From an uncultured bacterium (GTDB taxonomy: Bacteria; Krumholzibacteriota; Krumholzibacteriia; JACNKJ01), in NCBI GenBank assembly GCA_963695095.1, contig CAVOFT010000001.1:320001-384000 (forward strand): a stretch of 64,000 bases of DNA. The letters run 5' to 3'. Every line of letters starts with the position of its first letter. Within the stretch, counting starts at the first letter, position 1. This document shows positions 45,999 through 60,098 of the stretch, one piece after another. The notes under the pieces were generated by a model, which made no database searches, was not told where the DNA came from, and saw only the letters and a program-made list of their open reading frames with translations. The position numbers and the translations under genes were made by a program.

Positions 45999-48122
45999 TC
46001 AGCGCAGGCGCACCAGGCGACCGCTCTGCACTCCCCTCGCCGACTGCACGCGGACGAGGTAGACGCCCGCGGGGCTCGGGTGCCCGCGATCATCGCGGCC
46101 ATCCCAGATCAAGGCCTGCCTTCCCGCCGCCAGCGCACCGGCGTGCAGGTTGCGCACGAGACGCCCATCCACGCCGAAGACGCCGGCGCTGATCGGCCCT
46201 GCCGCGGCGAGGCTGAACTGGATCGTGGCGTCGCCGCGCGCGGGGTTGGGCGCGATGCCCAGCGCGGCGAGGGCGAGCCCGGCATCGTCCGCGGCCGAAA
46301 ACAGGTCGCACTGGCCGGGCGCGATGAGCAGGCCCGCGTAGCCGTCGCTCACCAGGAGCAAGTCCTCGTAGCGCCGGCATTGCCCGGCGAAGTTGGCCGC
46401 GCCGATGCTGCCCACGTGGACCGGCGCCGAGCGGTTCGGGATCGCGATCACGCTGATCCCGCCTTCGCCGTCGGCGGTGTAGGCGTAATCCTCGTCCAGG
46501 GTGACCGCGTAGCTCGTCCCGGGCGTCCAGGCGGTGGAGGCCGGCAGCGGCCAGATGGGATCGTGCGCGTCGATGATCTGCAGATCGCCGTCGGCGAGGA
46601 AGACGTAGCCGCCCTGCGCGGCGATGCCGCGCGCGTAGCCGGGCGGATCGAAGCTGCCGATCACCTGGGGCGACGCTGGATTGCCGGCATCGATGATCGA
46701 CAGCTCACCGTCGGACACATAGACCAGCCCCCCGTCGAGGGCGATGGCGTCGGCGAGTCCGCCGGTGACCAGGCTGCCCACGATCACCGGCAAGGCGGGA
46801 TTGCTGACGTCGATCACCTGTAAGCCGGCCATGCCATCGGCGACGTAGGCGAAGTCGCCCAGCACGGCCACTGCCCGCGCCTCGCCCGGCGTGTCCGCGG
46901 TGGCCAGGAGCAGCGGCAGGGCCGGCACGCTGATATCGACGATCTGCAGGCCCCCGACATTGTCGGCGATGAAGGCCAGGTCGCCGGCGATCGCGACATC
47001 CAGCGCCGAGTTCGGCGTGTCCAGGCCGCCGACCAGAGCCGGGGCGGCCGGGTTGGCGATCTCGAGGACCTGGAGTCCGCTCTGCCCCGCCGCCAGGAAG
47101 GCGTAGCCGCCGCGCGCCGCGCAGGCATAGAGGTAGCCAGGGGTGTCGAGGCTGCCGATCGGCGCGGGCGAGGCGGGATTCGCGGCGTCGATCACCTGGA
47201 GGTCGCCGTCGGCGATGTACACGAATTGCCCGGCCTGGGCGACCGCGCTGGCGCTCGCCGTGCGCAGCTCGCCGATCCACTGGGGCGCGGCGGGATTGCC
47301 GGCGTCGACCACCTGCAAGGCGTAGTGATCGTCGGCGAGGAAGACGAGGTCGCCGGCGAGGATGACATCGACGGCGAAGCCGGCGGACGTGGCGCCGACG
47401 AGCGTCGGCGCGGCCGGATTCGCGATGCTCAGGATCTGCAGGCCGTTGAAGTTGTCAGCCACGTAGACCAGGCTACCGGCGATGGCCACCTCATGCGCAT
47501 TGCCCGGGGTGTTGTAGCTGCCGACGAGCTGTGGCGCCGCGGGATTGGCGACATCGATGAGCTGCACGCCGCTCGAGCCATCGGCAACGATGGCCAGCGT
47601 GCCGCTCAGGGCGACGCCGCGGGCCTGGTCCGGGGTGTTATAGCTGCCGGCGAGAACGGGCAAGGCGGGGTTGGAGACGTTCACGATGAGCAGGCCGGTG
47701 TTGCCCGCCGCCAGGTAGACGAAATCACCCGCGGCGGCCAGGCCGCCGGCCATGGCGGGGAGAATGAGACTGCCGAGCAGGGCCGGCGCCGTCGGACTGG
47801 CGATGTCGATGACGCTGAGCCGGTTGCCGCTCTCCGCCACGAAGGCCCACGTGCCGAGGACGGCCACGGCGAGCGCGTTGCCGGGCAGATCCAGGCTGCC
47901 GATCACCTGCGGCGCAGCGGGCGCGGCGATGTCCAGCACGAGGAGGCCTGAACTGCCGTCGGCGAGATAGGCGAGGTCGCCAGCCACGACGACGTCGCTG
48001 CAGGCGCCGGCGGTGGGGAGCGTGGCGGTCCAGTGCAGGTAGTCGGCGTAGTCGACGCATTGGGCCCGACCGGCCGCCGGCAAGCCGAGGAGCAAACAGA
48101 GCAAGCCGAGCTTGCGGTGCAT
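45999..48122 (-). CDS. Secreted LVIVD-repeat beta-propeller with FlgD-Ig C-terminal domain
   Basis: About 14 repeats of AYxADGxxGLxVIDVSNPxxP; APNP...WDGRDDRG...AGVYLVR. Confidence 0.9.
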   Translation of the reverse strand: MHRKLGLLCLLLGLPAAGRAQCVDYADYLHWTATLPTAGACSDVVVAGDLAYLADGSSGLLVLDIAAPAAPQVIGSLDLPGNALAVAVLGTWAFVAESGNRLSVIDIASPTAPALLGSLILPAMAGGLAAAGDFVYLAAGNTGLLIVNVSNPALPVLAGSYNTPDQARGVALSGTLAIVADGSSGVQLIDVANPAAPQLVGSYNTPGNAHEVAIAGSLVYVADNFNGLQILSIANPAAPTLVGATSAGFAVDVILAGDLVFLADDHYALQVVDAGNPAAPQWIGELRTASASAVAQAGQFVYIADGDLQVIDAANPASPAPIGSLDTPGYLYACAARGGYAFLAAGQSGLQVLEIANPAAPALVGGLDTPNSALDVAIAGDLAFIADNVGGLQIVDISVPALPLLLATADTPGEARAVAVLGDFAYVADGMAGLQVIDVSNPALPVIVGSLVTGGLADAIALDGGLVYVSDGELSIIDAGNPASPQVIGSFDPPGYARGIAAQGGYVFLADGDLQIIDAHDPIWPLPASTAWTPGTSYAVTLDEDYAYTADGEGGISVIAIPNRSAPVHVGSIGAANFAGQCRRYEDLLLVSDGYAGLLIAPGQCDLFSAADDAGLALAALGIAPNPARGDATIQFSLAAAGPISAGVFGVDGRLVRNLHAGALAAGRQALIWDGRDDRGHPSPAGVYLVRVQSARGVQSGRLVRLR

Positions 48123-48348
48123 GACGGAACCTCCGATGATTGCCTGAGCGGCTCGAACCGCGAGGGCGGACTGCTGCCGAGCGGCTACTATATCGCATTG
48201 ATGGCGAAATAGGGAAAATTCCAAAGCCCTGGACCGCGGCGCCGCGATCGAGTCAAGCTGCGTGTCAGGAAGCGCTTACGCGCACGGAACCCAGGGCCGG
48301 GGCCGGCCGTATGCGCTGCCTCTCCCCCGCCAAGCGAAGCAGGAGCCC

Positions 48349-49320
48349 GTGACCCCGATGCCGGCCAGGGATGCCTACGGGACGCGCAGCAGCGTCTGGA
48401 CCGCGGCCTTGCTCGTCGCCCTGCTCCTGCACGCCGCCGCCCTGCTCGGCCTGCGTCGCTGGGATCCCGCGGCGGCGGCCGTCCAGGCCATGGCCCCGGC
48501 ACCCGAGCCCCTGCAGTTCGTCTTCGCGCCGGACGCCACGCCGGCACCGGCGGCGCCGCGCGAGTTCACGGAGCTGCCCGCCGACCGCGCCGAGGAGGCG
48601 CCGGAGCGGCCGGATTTCCTGAGCAACGTCGACAGCCGCGCCCGCGACGCCGCCCCCGGGGGCGAGGAGGCCGGCCGGCCCCGGAGCGAGGGCCGCGCCG
48701 ACTTCCCCCAGGTGGCCATGGCCGCCGGTGAGGCGGCGGCGGCGATTCCCCAGCCGCGCGGCGAGGAGAGCGCGCTGGGCGAGCGCGAGCCCACGGAGTC
48801 CGCCCGCGACGCCCTCGCCGAGCCGCAGGCCGCCCCGCCCCGCCAGGGACTGCCCACGGGCGAGGATCCGCTGGCGGCCTTCCGCCGCTTCGACCCGGCG
48901 ACCCTGACCGCGCCGGCGCCGCAGGCCGGCGCGCCCGGCACGGCGGACATCAACCAGGAGGCCATGGCCAGCGCCGACGGCAACGTGCGCCTGCTCGGCG
49001 AGGTCAGCCTGAACACCACGGCCTGGGTCTACGGCTACTGGATGCAGCGCTTCCGCCGCGCGGTGGAGGCGCACTGGAACGCGCCCTACGCCTTCCAGAT
49101 CGGCATGATCAGGGGCTGGACGCTGGTGGGCCTGGAAGTGTCGCGCACGGGGGCCCTGCTGCAGCTCGAGGTGCTGGGCGAGGAGGGCCACTGGACCCTG
49201 CGCGACGCCAGCGTGGCGGCCATCCAGGCCGCGGCGCCCTTCGAGCCCCTGCCACCGGACGCACCGGAGCAGACCCTGCGCCTGCAGATTCGCATGATCT
49301 ACACGGACTACGGCCGCTAG
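48349..49320 (+). CDS. TonB/TolA-like energy transducer
   Basis: N-terminal TM with ALLLHA, Pro/Ala-rich linker, C-terminal AAIQAAAPFEPLP. Confidence 0.7.
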   Translation: MTPMPARDAYGTRSSVWTAALLVALLLHAAALLGLRRWDPAAAAVQAMAPAPEPLQFVFAPDATPAPAAPREFTELPADRAEEAPERPDFLSNVDSRARDAAPGGEEAGRPRSEGRADFPQVAMAAGEAAAAIPQPRGEESALGEREPTESARDALAEPQAAPPRQGLPTGEDPLAAFRRFDPATLTAPAPQAGAPGTADINQEAMASADGNVRLLGEVSLNTTAWVYGYWMQRFRRAVEAHWNAPYAFQIGMIRGWTLVGLEVSRTGALLQLEVLGEEGHWTLRDASVAAIQAAAPFEPLPPDAPEQTLRLQIRMIYTDYGR

Positions 49321-49394
49321 GCGATCACGCGGCGCGCTTGCCCGCCGCCAACGCACGCGGTCGCCGCCGGCCGCCGACCACGAGGTGAAAGGCC

Positions 49395-50012
49395 ATGCTC
49401 GACATTCTCGCCAAGACCGGCATCCTCGTCTACCCGCTCGGGCTCTGCTCGCTGCTCGCGGCGACGATCACCGTCGAGCGCGTCTGGGCCCTGCGCCGCA
49501 GCCGCGTGCTGCCGCGGGAGATCCTCGAAGTGGTGGGCGCCGCGCGGCCGGGCCGCGACCTCAGCCTGGCCATCGAGGTCTGCCGGCGCAATCCCGGCGT
49601 CTTCGCCGACGTGATGCGCGCGGGCCTGGAGCAGGCGGACCAGCCCTGGGAGCAGATGCGCGACGCCCTGCTCGACACGGGCCGCCAGCGCACGCCCGTG
49701 CTCGAGCGCTACCTGGTGTGGCTCTCCACCATCGCCCAGGCGGCGCCCTTGCTCGGCCTGCTCGGCACGGTGCTCGGCATGATCCGCATGTTCGCGGCGA
49801 TGTCGGTGTCCGGGCTCGGCGATCCCAACGCGCTCTCGGGCGGCATCAGCGAGGCCATGTTCACGACGGCCATCGGCCTCGTGATCGGCATTCCGACCCT
49901 GGTGGCGCACAACCTGATCGCCGCGCGCGCCGAGGCCCTGATCGCCGAGATCGAGGCCCAGGCCACGCAGCTCCTCAGGCGCTTGCGCGGCGAGGCGGGG
50001 GCGGCGGCATGA
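49395..50012 (+). CDS. exbB: MotA/TolQ/ExbB proton channel
   Basis: APLLGLLGTVLGMI, GGISEAMFTTAIGL. Confidence 0.88.
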   Translation: MLDILAKTGILVYPLGLCSLLAATITVERVWALRRSRVLPREILEVVGAARPGRDLSLAIEVCRRNPGVFADVMRAGLEQADQPWEQMRDALLDTGRQRTPVLERYLVWLSTIAQAAPLLGLLGTVLGMIRMFAAMSVSGLGDPNALSGGISEAMFTTAIGLVIGIPTLVAHNLIAARAEALIAEIEAQATQLLRRLRGEAGAAA

Positions 50013-50467
50013 CGGGGCTGGAGTTTCGACCGCGGGGCAAGCGCGCCGGCGTCACCCTGAACCTGACGCCGCTGATCGACGTGCTCTTCCTGTTCATCAT
50101 CTTCTTCACGCTGACCAGCACCTTCAAGCGCGTCGGCGAGCTGGAGCTGCGCCTGCCGGACTCCTCCACCGCGCAGCCCGCGCCCGCGGGCGCCGAGGCC
50201 CTGGAGCTGGAGCTGGTGGCCACCGAGGACGGCCGCCTGCTCTTGGACAGGCGACCGCTCGCCCTCACCGAGCTGAAGAGCGCGCTCGCGAGCCTGCGCG
50301 CCGAGAACCCGGAGCGCCGCGTGCTGATCAAGGCCGAGGCGGGGGTCACGCACGGCGAAGTGGTGCGCCTGCTGGACATCGTGCGCGAGGCGGGCTTCCC
50401 CGGCGTGGGCATCGGCACCGAGCGCAGCGGGGCACCGGGCGAGGAGAGCCCTCCCCAGGGCCGCTAG
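50009..50467 (+). CDS. exbD: ExbD/TolR biopolymer transport protein
   Basis: NLTPLIDVLFLFIIFF; ATGA overlap with exbB. Confidence 0.88.
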   Translation: MTGLEFRPRGKRAGVTLNLTPLIDVLFLFIIFFTLTSTFKRVGELELRLPDSSTAQPAPAGAEALELELVATEDGRLLLDRRPLALTELKSALASLRAENPERRVLIKAEAGVTHGEVVRLLDIVREAGFPGVGIGTERSGAPGEESPPQGR

Positions 50468-50576
50468 CGCCCGGTGGATTGTGCGCGGTCTCGAGATCTG
50501 ATAGAGTTGTGGCACCGGCAGGCGCAGCCATCGGCTGCCCGGCGACGGTGTGGGTTGGACTCTGGTAGGAGGTGCT

Positions 50577-51188
50577 GTGGTGTCGCGACGCTGCTGGTTT
50601 TCCCCGTTGCTCTTCGTTCTCGGCTTGACCCTGATGCCGGCGCTGGGCTGGGCGCAGCCAACGATCATCAGTGAATTCGAGGTCGACGTCGATGGCTGGG
50701 GCGTGTCGGGCGGCGCGATCTACCTCCACGCGACCCTCGGCAACCCGGGTGGCTTCATCGAATTCGAGGACAACTTCGCCGGCGCCGGCTACTTCTATCC
50801 ACCGGCGCGCTTCCTGGGCGATCTCAGCCTGTACGACCAGGGCTCGCTGTCCTTCGATTTGAAACACACGGCGAGCAACAACAACGCCTTCTTCTCGGCC
50901 TTCGGACTCGTCGGCATCTACTCCGGGGGGACGAGTGTCCAGCTGGACGTCGTGCCCGATATCTGGCTGGACGAGTGGACCGCTGTCAGCATCCCCCTCA
51001 CGGCCGCGATCTGGGGGATCGGGGAGACCGAGTGGCAGGCCCTGCTCGCGGACGTGACCGAGATCCGGATCACCATGGACTCCCAGTGGGACTACTCCGA
51101 CCGGACCGGCCTCGATAACTTCTGCATCGCTCCGCTGCCCACCGCCGTCGCGCCGGGCAGCTTCGGGGCGATCAAGGCGCTCTACTGA
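50577..51188 (+). CDS. Secreted protein, laminin-B-like carbohydrate-binding fold, with C-terminal SFGAIKALY motif
   Basis: Signal peptide; GNPGG, PARFLGD, LLADVTEIRI, GLDN; upstream TTGTGC-17-TAGAGT. Confidence 0.6.
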   Translation: MVSRRCWFSPLLFVLGLTLMPALGWAQPTIISEFEVDVDGWGVSGGAIYLHATLGNPGGFIEFEDNFAGAGYFYPPARFLGDLSLYDQGSLSFDLKHTASNNNAFFSAFGLVGIYSGGTSVQLDVVPDIWLDEWTAVSIPLTAAIWGIGETEWQALLADVTEIRITMDSQWDYSDRTGLDNFCIAPLPTAVAPGSFGAIKALY

Positions 51189-51238
51189 CGCTGGCAGGAC
51201 TTGCGTAGCGGACGGCGCGGGCTCCGGCGGCGCCGCCC

Positions 51239-52147
51239 CTACTGTGCCGAGAGGGCCGCCTCGATCTCGGGGATGTTCAGCTCCACGGTCCAGATGTCCA
51301 GGCTGCCGCCGCGCGAGCTGGTGAAGGCGATCGTCCGCCCGTCGGGCGACCAGCGCGGCGTGTCGTCGTAGGCGACGTCGCCGGTGACCTGTACACGCCG
51401 ATTGCCGCCCGCGGCGGGCATCACCCAGAGGTTGCAGTCCCGACCCTCGCCGAGGACGATGGCGAGCAGCTTGCCGTCCGGTGAGAGATCCACGCAGGAG
51501 CGCAGCTCGTCCTCGCTGAAGAGCGGCATCGACTGCTTGCCGTCGGCGGTGACGAGCCACAGGGTCGCGCGTGGATAGGGCTCCTGGCGCACCACCGTGT
51601 AGAGGCTGCGGCCGTCCTTGCTCCAGCAGCCGGGGAAAGGCTGGGCATTCTCCATGCGGAAGGCCGCCACGATGGCACCCGTGGCGAGTTCGTAGACCCA
51701 GAGCGTGTCGCCCTCGTGGAAGGCGATGCGCGTGCCGTCCGGCGACCACCTGGGATTGCCGCCCTTGCTCACCGTGACCACTGGCGGCAGGATGCGCAGG
51801 GGCCAGCCGCCCTCGGCCGCGACGACCATCAGGCAGTTGCCGAAGTCCCCGTCGAAGACGATCAGGCCCCCATCCGGCGACCAGTCCGGGTGCTCGCCGA
51901 TCACCCGCGTGAGCTGCCGCGGCTCGCCGCCCAGCGGCGTGATCAGCCAAAGGCCCATTAGCGGCGAGTCGGGATCCTGCGGCGTGCGCGAGAAGACGAT
52001 GCGCGTGCCGTCCGGCGACCAGCAGGGAAAGCCCTCCTGAACGAGGTCGCTCGTGAGTTGCCGCACGGGGTACTCGACGGCGTGGGCAGGCGCGGCGCCG
52101 ATGGCCGCGGCCGCCACGAACAGGATGCTCACGAGTCGCTTGCCCAT
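51239..52147 (-). CDS. TolB-like PD40 beta-propeller protein
   Basis: Repeated PxWSPDG; signal peptide. Confidence 0.85.
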   Translation of the reverse strand: MGKRLVSILFVAAAAIGAAPAHAVEYPVRQLTSDLVQEGFPCWSPDGTRIVFSRTPQDPDSPLMGLWLITPLGGEPRQLTRVIGEHPDWSPDGGLIVFDGDFGNCLMVVAAEGGWPLRILPPVVTVSKGGNPRWSPDGTRIAFHEGDTLWVYELATGAIVAAFRMENAQPFPGCWSKDGRSLYTVVRQEPYPRATLWLVTADGKQSMPLFSEDELRSCVDLSPDGKLLAIVLGEGRDCNLWVMPAAGGNRRVQVTGDVAYDDTPRWSPDGRTIAFTSSRGGSLDIWTVELNIPEIEAALSAQ

Positions 52148-52436
52148 CCGTCACCTCCCGTTGCGGGCGCCCCCGGCGTCCCCCCAAGCAGTATATCCGC
52201 GTCCCTCCCCAGAGGCCAGCCGGGCCTCGGCCGGCGCAAGCGCCCTGGGGCGCCGTCCGGCGGCGCCGAGCGAGCGCGCCCGCCGGCTCGAGCCCCCGTC
52301 GCTCGCGGCCGGAGCCGCCGGCCAGGCGCCAGGGGGCGAAAGCGATTCCGTCGGGATTCCCCTTGCCGCCGCCGGTCCCTGGCGACTAGAGTGCCCGCAA
52401 TTTGGGATCGGCGACCCTCTCACCGAAACGAGCGCC

Positions 52437-53623
52437 TTGCAGGCAAGGATCGCCCTCGAGTCAGGCCTGTGCTTCACGGGCCGCCTCTTCGGCGCGCCGC
52501 GGGATGCGGCGGGCGAGCTGGTTTTCCACACCGGGATGACCGGCTACCAGGAGATCCTCAGCGATCCCAGCTACGCCGGCCAGATCGTCCTCTTCACCGC
52601 TCCCCACATCGGCAACTACGGCATCCACGCCGAGGACTACGAGTCCTCGCGCGTGCACCCGGCCGCGGTGATCCTGCGCGACCACTGCCGGCGCAGCTTC
52701 CACCAGCGCGCCGAGCGCAGCCTCGAGGATCTGCTGCGCCGCGACGCCGTGCCGGCCCTCAGCGACGTGGACACGCGCGCCCTCACCATCGCCGTGCGCG
52801 AGGGCGGCGCCTGCCGGGCAGCTCTGGGCCTCGCCGACGCCGACACCCTGATCGCGCGCGCCCGCGCCCTCGCGCCCATGGCCGCCACGGACTGGGTGGC
52901 TCGCGTGAGCACGCGCGCACCCTACGCGGTCGCAGCCGCAGCGCCGCCGCCCGAGGGCGGGCCGCCCTTCCGCGTCGCCGTGCTGGACTTCGGGGTGAAG
53001 CGCAGCATCCTCGGTCGCCTCGCCGCCGAGGGCATCGCCAGCGCGGTGCTGCCCGCGCGCACGCCCGCCGCCGAGCTGCTTGCCGGCGGCTACGAGGGCG
53101 TCTTCCTGAGCAACGGGCCGGGCGACCCCGCCACGCAGCCCGCGCTCGTGGAGACCGTGCGCACCCTGCTCGCCGCCGCGCTGCCGCTCTTCGGTATCTG
53201 CCTCGGCCACCAGCTCCTCGCGCGCGCGCTGGGCGCGGACACCGTGAAGCTCCCCTTCGGGCACCACGGGGCGAACCACCCCGTGCAGCGCCTCGCCGAC
53301 GGCCGCGTGGAAATCACGAGCCAGAACCACAACTACGCCGTGCCGGCCGCCTCCCTCGCGCGCACGGCGGCGCGGGTCACGCACCTGAGCCTCAACGACG
53401 GCACAGTGGAGGGCCTGGAGCTGCCGGGCCGGCCGGTCTACTCGGTGCAGTACCACCCGGAGGCGGCGCCCGGCCCCCGCGACAGCCACTACCTCTTCGC
53501 TCGCTTTCGCCGCGACATGGCCGCGCGGCGTCCCCGCGCGGCCGGCGCTGCCGCGGCCGCCGCCGCCGCCGCTGCGGCGGGCGCCGCCGCGCCCGGCACC
53601 GACGCCCCCGGGGGCGGGCGCTG

Positions 53624-53624
<1 letters not shown>
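52437..53624 (+). CDS. carA: Carbamoyl-phosphate synthase small subunit
   Basis: [31 protein letters not shown]; start approximate (TTG). Confidence 0.95.
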
Positions 53625-56962
<3,338 letters not shown>

Positions 56963-57197
56963 GGCTGCGGCGGACAGCGGGATCGCTAGCCTGGCCGCGT
57001 GCGCCGCGGTCCGCCTCCAGCGCGGTGAAGAACGTCCGGCGCTGGCTGCGCTTTCGCGTCCGCGGGCCGGCTGATTCCAGCAGGCCTCCTCGCGCCAACA
57101 AGCCCCTCTGCCCGCCCCCGGGGGCGGGTTGGACTTCTCGGGCTTGGGGGAGCAATCGCGGGAGGAGGAGCCGCCAGGCGATTTTTCGCCCGCGGCC

Positions 57198-57226
57198 TTG
57201 ACGGCGGCAGGATGATACTATACATT
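57198..57226 (+). promoter_or_regulatory. Sigma-70-type promoter of the HNH gene with an overlapping inverted repeat
   Basis: TTGACG-17-TACATT; GATAC-N9-GTATC spans the -10. Confidence 0.55.
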
Positions 57227-57272
57227 TGTATCCCCCGCAAGCCTCCCGCCCCGTTTTCTTGGGGATTCTCAC

Positions 57273-58439
57273 ATGTCCGAACGCCTGCAACGGGCGGAGC
57301 GCCTTCACGCGGCGCTGACTGCCGAGCTTGCCGAATTGCGGCGCGCCGAGCGCGGCGCCTTGCTCCACTTCGCCTCGATTCACCGGGATCGGCTCTACCG
57401 CGAGCTGGGCTACGCCTCCATTCACGCCTATGGCCGCGAGGGCCTGGGCTTCTCCGAGCGCAAGCTCTCGGCTTTCGTGCGCCTGAGCGAGGCCTTGGAT
57501 CGGCTGCCCGCCACGCGGAAGGCCGTGGCAGCGGGCGCGCTGCCCTGGACCAAGGCCCGCGAACTGGTGGCCGTGGCGACGCCGGCAACCGAGCAGCGCT
57601 GGCTGGCCGAGGCCAGCGTGTCCAGCCGGCGCGAGCTGGAGCGCAAGGTCTGCGCCGCCCGCTCCCGGCCGGGGCCGCGGCGACGGTCCGCGGCTGCCCA
57701 GCCGGCCCTGGCGCTGGCCTCCACGCCGGCCGAGGCGGCGCGCAGCGCGCAGGAAGCGGAGGCGCCTCTGCGCCTGACCTTGAGCTTCACGCCCGAGCAG
57801 TTCGGCCGCTGGGAAGCACTGATCGAAGGGCTGCGCAAGGCCGGCCATCGCCAGCCGCGCGAGGAGCTGCTGCTGGCGGCACTCGCGGCGCTGGTGGAGG
57901 AGGCGGCCCGCCCGGCGCCCGCTGCGGCCAAGTCCGCCGAAGCCGCCAAGGCCCCTGCCACCGCCAATGGCGCCCCCGACAGCGCATCCGCGCCGTCAAC
58001 CCGCCCCCGGGGGCGGGTGGCGGCGAGCCCCTTCCAGGTGATCCTGCGCCGTTGCCCGGACTGCGGGACCAGCGTGCAGGTCACGAGCCGCGGCGAGCGG
58101 CCGGTTGGACCCGCGCTGGCGGCGCGGGCCGCCTGCGACGCCGATGAACTCGCCCCCGGGGGCGGGCTCCAGCGCAGTGTGACCCCGGCGCTCAGGCGGC
58201 GCATCCTGGCGCGCGACGGCCATCGCTGTGGAGCGCCGGGCTGCGGGGCGACGCGCTTCCTGGAAGTGCACCACCTGGTGCCTCGCTCGCGCGGGGGCGG
58301 CCAGGAGGAGGCGAACCTGGTGACGCTCTGCGCGCGCTGCCATCAGCTGCTGCACGAGCGCGGAGGGCTGCCGGGGCTGGCCCTGCCGCTGGCCGAGGCG
58401 GTGAGGAGCGGCGCGAACCCGGCGCGGGGCTCGCCCTGA
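57273..58439 (+). CDS. HNH endonuclease-domain protein with helical N-terminus (DUF222-like)
   Basis: LYRELGYAS, RDGHRCGAPGC, EVHHLVPRSRGG, NLVTLCARCH. Confidence 0.85.
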   Translation: MSERLQRAERLHAALTAELAELRRAERGALLHFASIHRDRLYRELGYASIHAYGREGLGFSERKLSAFVRLSEALDRLPATRKAVAAGALPWTKARELVAVATPATEQRWLAEASVSSRRELERKVCAARSRPGPRRRSAAAQPALALASTPAEAARSAQEAEAPLRLTLSFTPEQFGRWEALIEGLRKAGHRQPREELLLAALAALVEEAARPAPAAAKSAEAAKAPATANGAPDSASAPSTRPRGRVAASPFQVILRRCPDCGTSVQVTSRGERPVGPALAARAACDADELAPGGGLQRSVTPALRRRILARDGHRCGAPGCGATRFLEVHHLVPRSRGGGQEEANLVTLCARCHQLLHERGGLPGLALPLAEAVRSGANPARGSP

Positions 58440-58458
58440 ATCACTCGCCCGCCGCGGG

Positions 58459-59613
58459 TCAGGCAGCTCGCCGGGCACCGCGCCGCATCGCTGCGACGAG
58501 CACGATCGCGAAGAGCAGCAGGGCGACTTCATTCAGCAGACCGCCCCAGCCGCGGACGGCCGGCGCGCCGGCGTGGTCACCGGCGATGCGCATCAGCAGC
58601 GAGGCGTGCAGCAGCGCCAGCGGCAGGTAGAAGCGCCCGCCGAACTGCACGGCCTTGCCGGTGAGCGCGGGCACGATGATCGGCGCGTGGCCGAAGATCA
58701 TCGAGAGCACGAAGCCGACGGTGAAGGCGTGCAGCGTGGCGTCGAAGTGCGGGCCGACCATCTCGCCCGGCTTCGCCAGGTAGGAGAAGCCGGCCACGAC
58801 GAGCCAGACGTAGCCGCTGAGCAGGCAGATCGCCGTGTAGCGGGTGACGCCGCTCATGCGCACGGTGCGGCGGGCGACGTCGTTGGTGGCGAGCCAGAGG
58901 CCGAAGACGAGCATGGCGAAGCCGATCAGGCGGTCCGCGCCGCGCAGGGCGAAGGGTGCGGCGAAGGCACCGGCCAGGGCGATGAGGCTGACCGCCACGA
59001 AGAAGGGCCCCGTGCCGCGCTTGGGCGCGAGCACGCGGCCCAGCTCCAGCCGCTCGCCGGCGATGGTGAGCAGGAGGAAGGCGTTCCAGCCGGGCACGGC
59101 CGCGGCCACCGGCTTGCCCGCGGCCAGGGCCAGGTTGGCGGCGAGGAAGGCGAGGGCGCCCAGGCCCATCACGGCGTTGAAGAGGGTCGGCTGGCGGCGC
59201 AGCACGGCGGCGAAGATGCCGCAGAGGCCCAGCGCGCCGAGCGCGAAGAGGAAGGCGCCGGCCTGCTCCGGCCGGAAGGGGAGCGTGGGCGGCAGGGCCG
59301 CCAGCGCCAGCATGAGCAGGGCGCCCAGGCCGGTGGCGGCCGGGGCCAGCCAGGCCCAGGGCCGGCCCAGAGCCGCCGCGCGCTCCACGCCGATCACGGT
59401 GCCCAGGAAGCCGGCCACCATGAGCGGTCCGTGCAGGGGCGCCGTGCTGGCGGCGATGCCGATGTCCCAGGGCAGGCGCCACAGCCCGGCCAGGAGGCCG
59501 AAGAGCAGGGCGAGGATGGCCGGCAGGACGATCGGCAGCGGATGGCCGGGGGCCTGGCTCGGGGTCGCGGCGGCCGGCGCCGCGGGCCGGGCCTTGGGGG
59601 TGCGTTCGCTCAT
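58459..59613 (-). CDS. Multi-TM membrane protein with conserved His (NnrS-like)
   Basis: HGPLMVAGFLGTVIGVERA, GERLEL, HAFTVGFVLSMIFGHAP. Confidence 0.7.
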   Translation of the reverse strand: MSERTPKARPAAPAAATPSQAPGHPLPIVLPAILALLFGLLAGLWRLPWDIGIAASTAPLHGPLMVAGFLGTVIGVERAAALGRPWAWLAPAATGLGALLMLALAALPPTLPFRPEQAGAFLFALGALGLCGIFAAVLRRQPTLFNAVMGLGALAFLAANLALAAGKPVAAAVPGWNAFLLLTIAGERLELGRVLAPKRGTGPFFVAVSLIALAGAFAAPFALRGADRLIGFAMLVFGLWLATNDVARRTVRMSGVTRYTAICLLSGYVWLVVAGFSYLAKPGEMVGPHFDATLHAFTVGFVLSMIFGHAPIIVPALTGKAVQFGGRFYLPLALLHASLLMRIAGDHAGAPAVRGWGGLLNEVALLLFAIVLVAAMRRGARRAA

Positions 59614-59617
59614 GCGT

Positions 59618-59944
59618 TCACCATCCCAGCAGGCGCCGGGCCTCGGGCGCCATGCGCGCGGGGCTCCAGGCGGGGGTATCGAGGACGCGCACGGCCACTT
59701 CCGTGCCCTCGGGGGCGGCGGCGCGCAAGGCCGCCTCGGCCTCGCGGGCGAGGTGGCCGTGGAGGGGGCAGGCGAGGGCGGTCATGATGAGGCCCACGCG
59801 CAGGCTGCCGGGGGCGCTCTCGATGCTCTCGACCAGGCCCAGGCTGACGATGTCGATGCCCAGCTCGGGATCCAGCACCCCGCGCAGGGCGGCGCGCACG
59901 GCCTCTTCGCTGAGCTGGGTGGGGCTCGTCACGACACTCTCCAT
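59618..59944 (-). CDS. DUF59/PaaD/SufT-like metal-sulfur cluster assembly factor
   Basis: DPELGIDIVSLGLV, MTALACP, PAWSPARM. Confidence 0.88.
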   Translation of the reverse strand: MESVVTSPTQLSEEAVRAALRGVLDPELGIDIVSLGLVESIESAPGSLRVGLIMTALACPLHGHLAREAEAALRAAAPEGTEVAVRVLDTPAWSPARMAPEARRLLGW

Positions 59945-60098
59945 TCACGCGCCAGGGCCGGGGCTCCGCAGGGGGCCGGAGGATTACTCTGGCCACTGCC
60001 TGGATTCCTGTCAAGCCGGCCGCTTCAGCGGCCGGCTGCCCCCCTTGCGGAGGCGGCGGGGCGTGCTTCCTTGCCGGCGGCTCTACCGGAGGTGACCC

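Noticed and set aside
46400..48050. DNA repeats in the LVIVD gene as a nucleic-acid array
   Set aside because: Degenerate at third codon positions and in frame, so they are protein repeats.
47215..51398. Partial TGTACACG matches near 47216 and 51390
   Set aside because: Only 8 bp without the second arm; compatible with chance.
48349..52147. Complete Tol-Pal or TonB-dependent uptake locus
   Set aside because: No pal or TonB-dependent receptor is present, and the TolB-like gene is on the opposite strand and lacks the TolB N-terminal domain.
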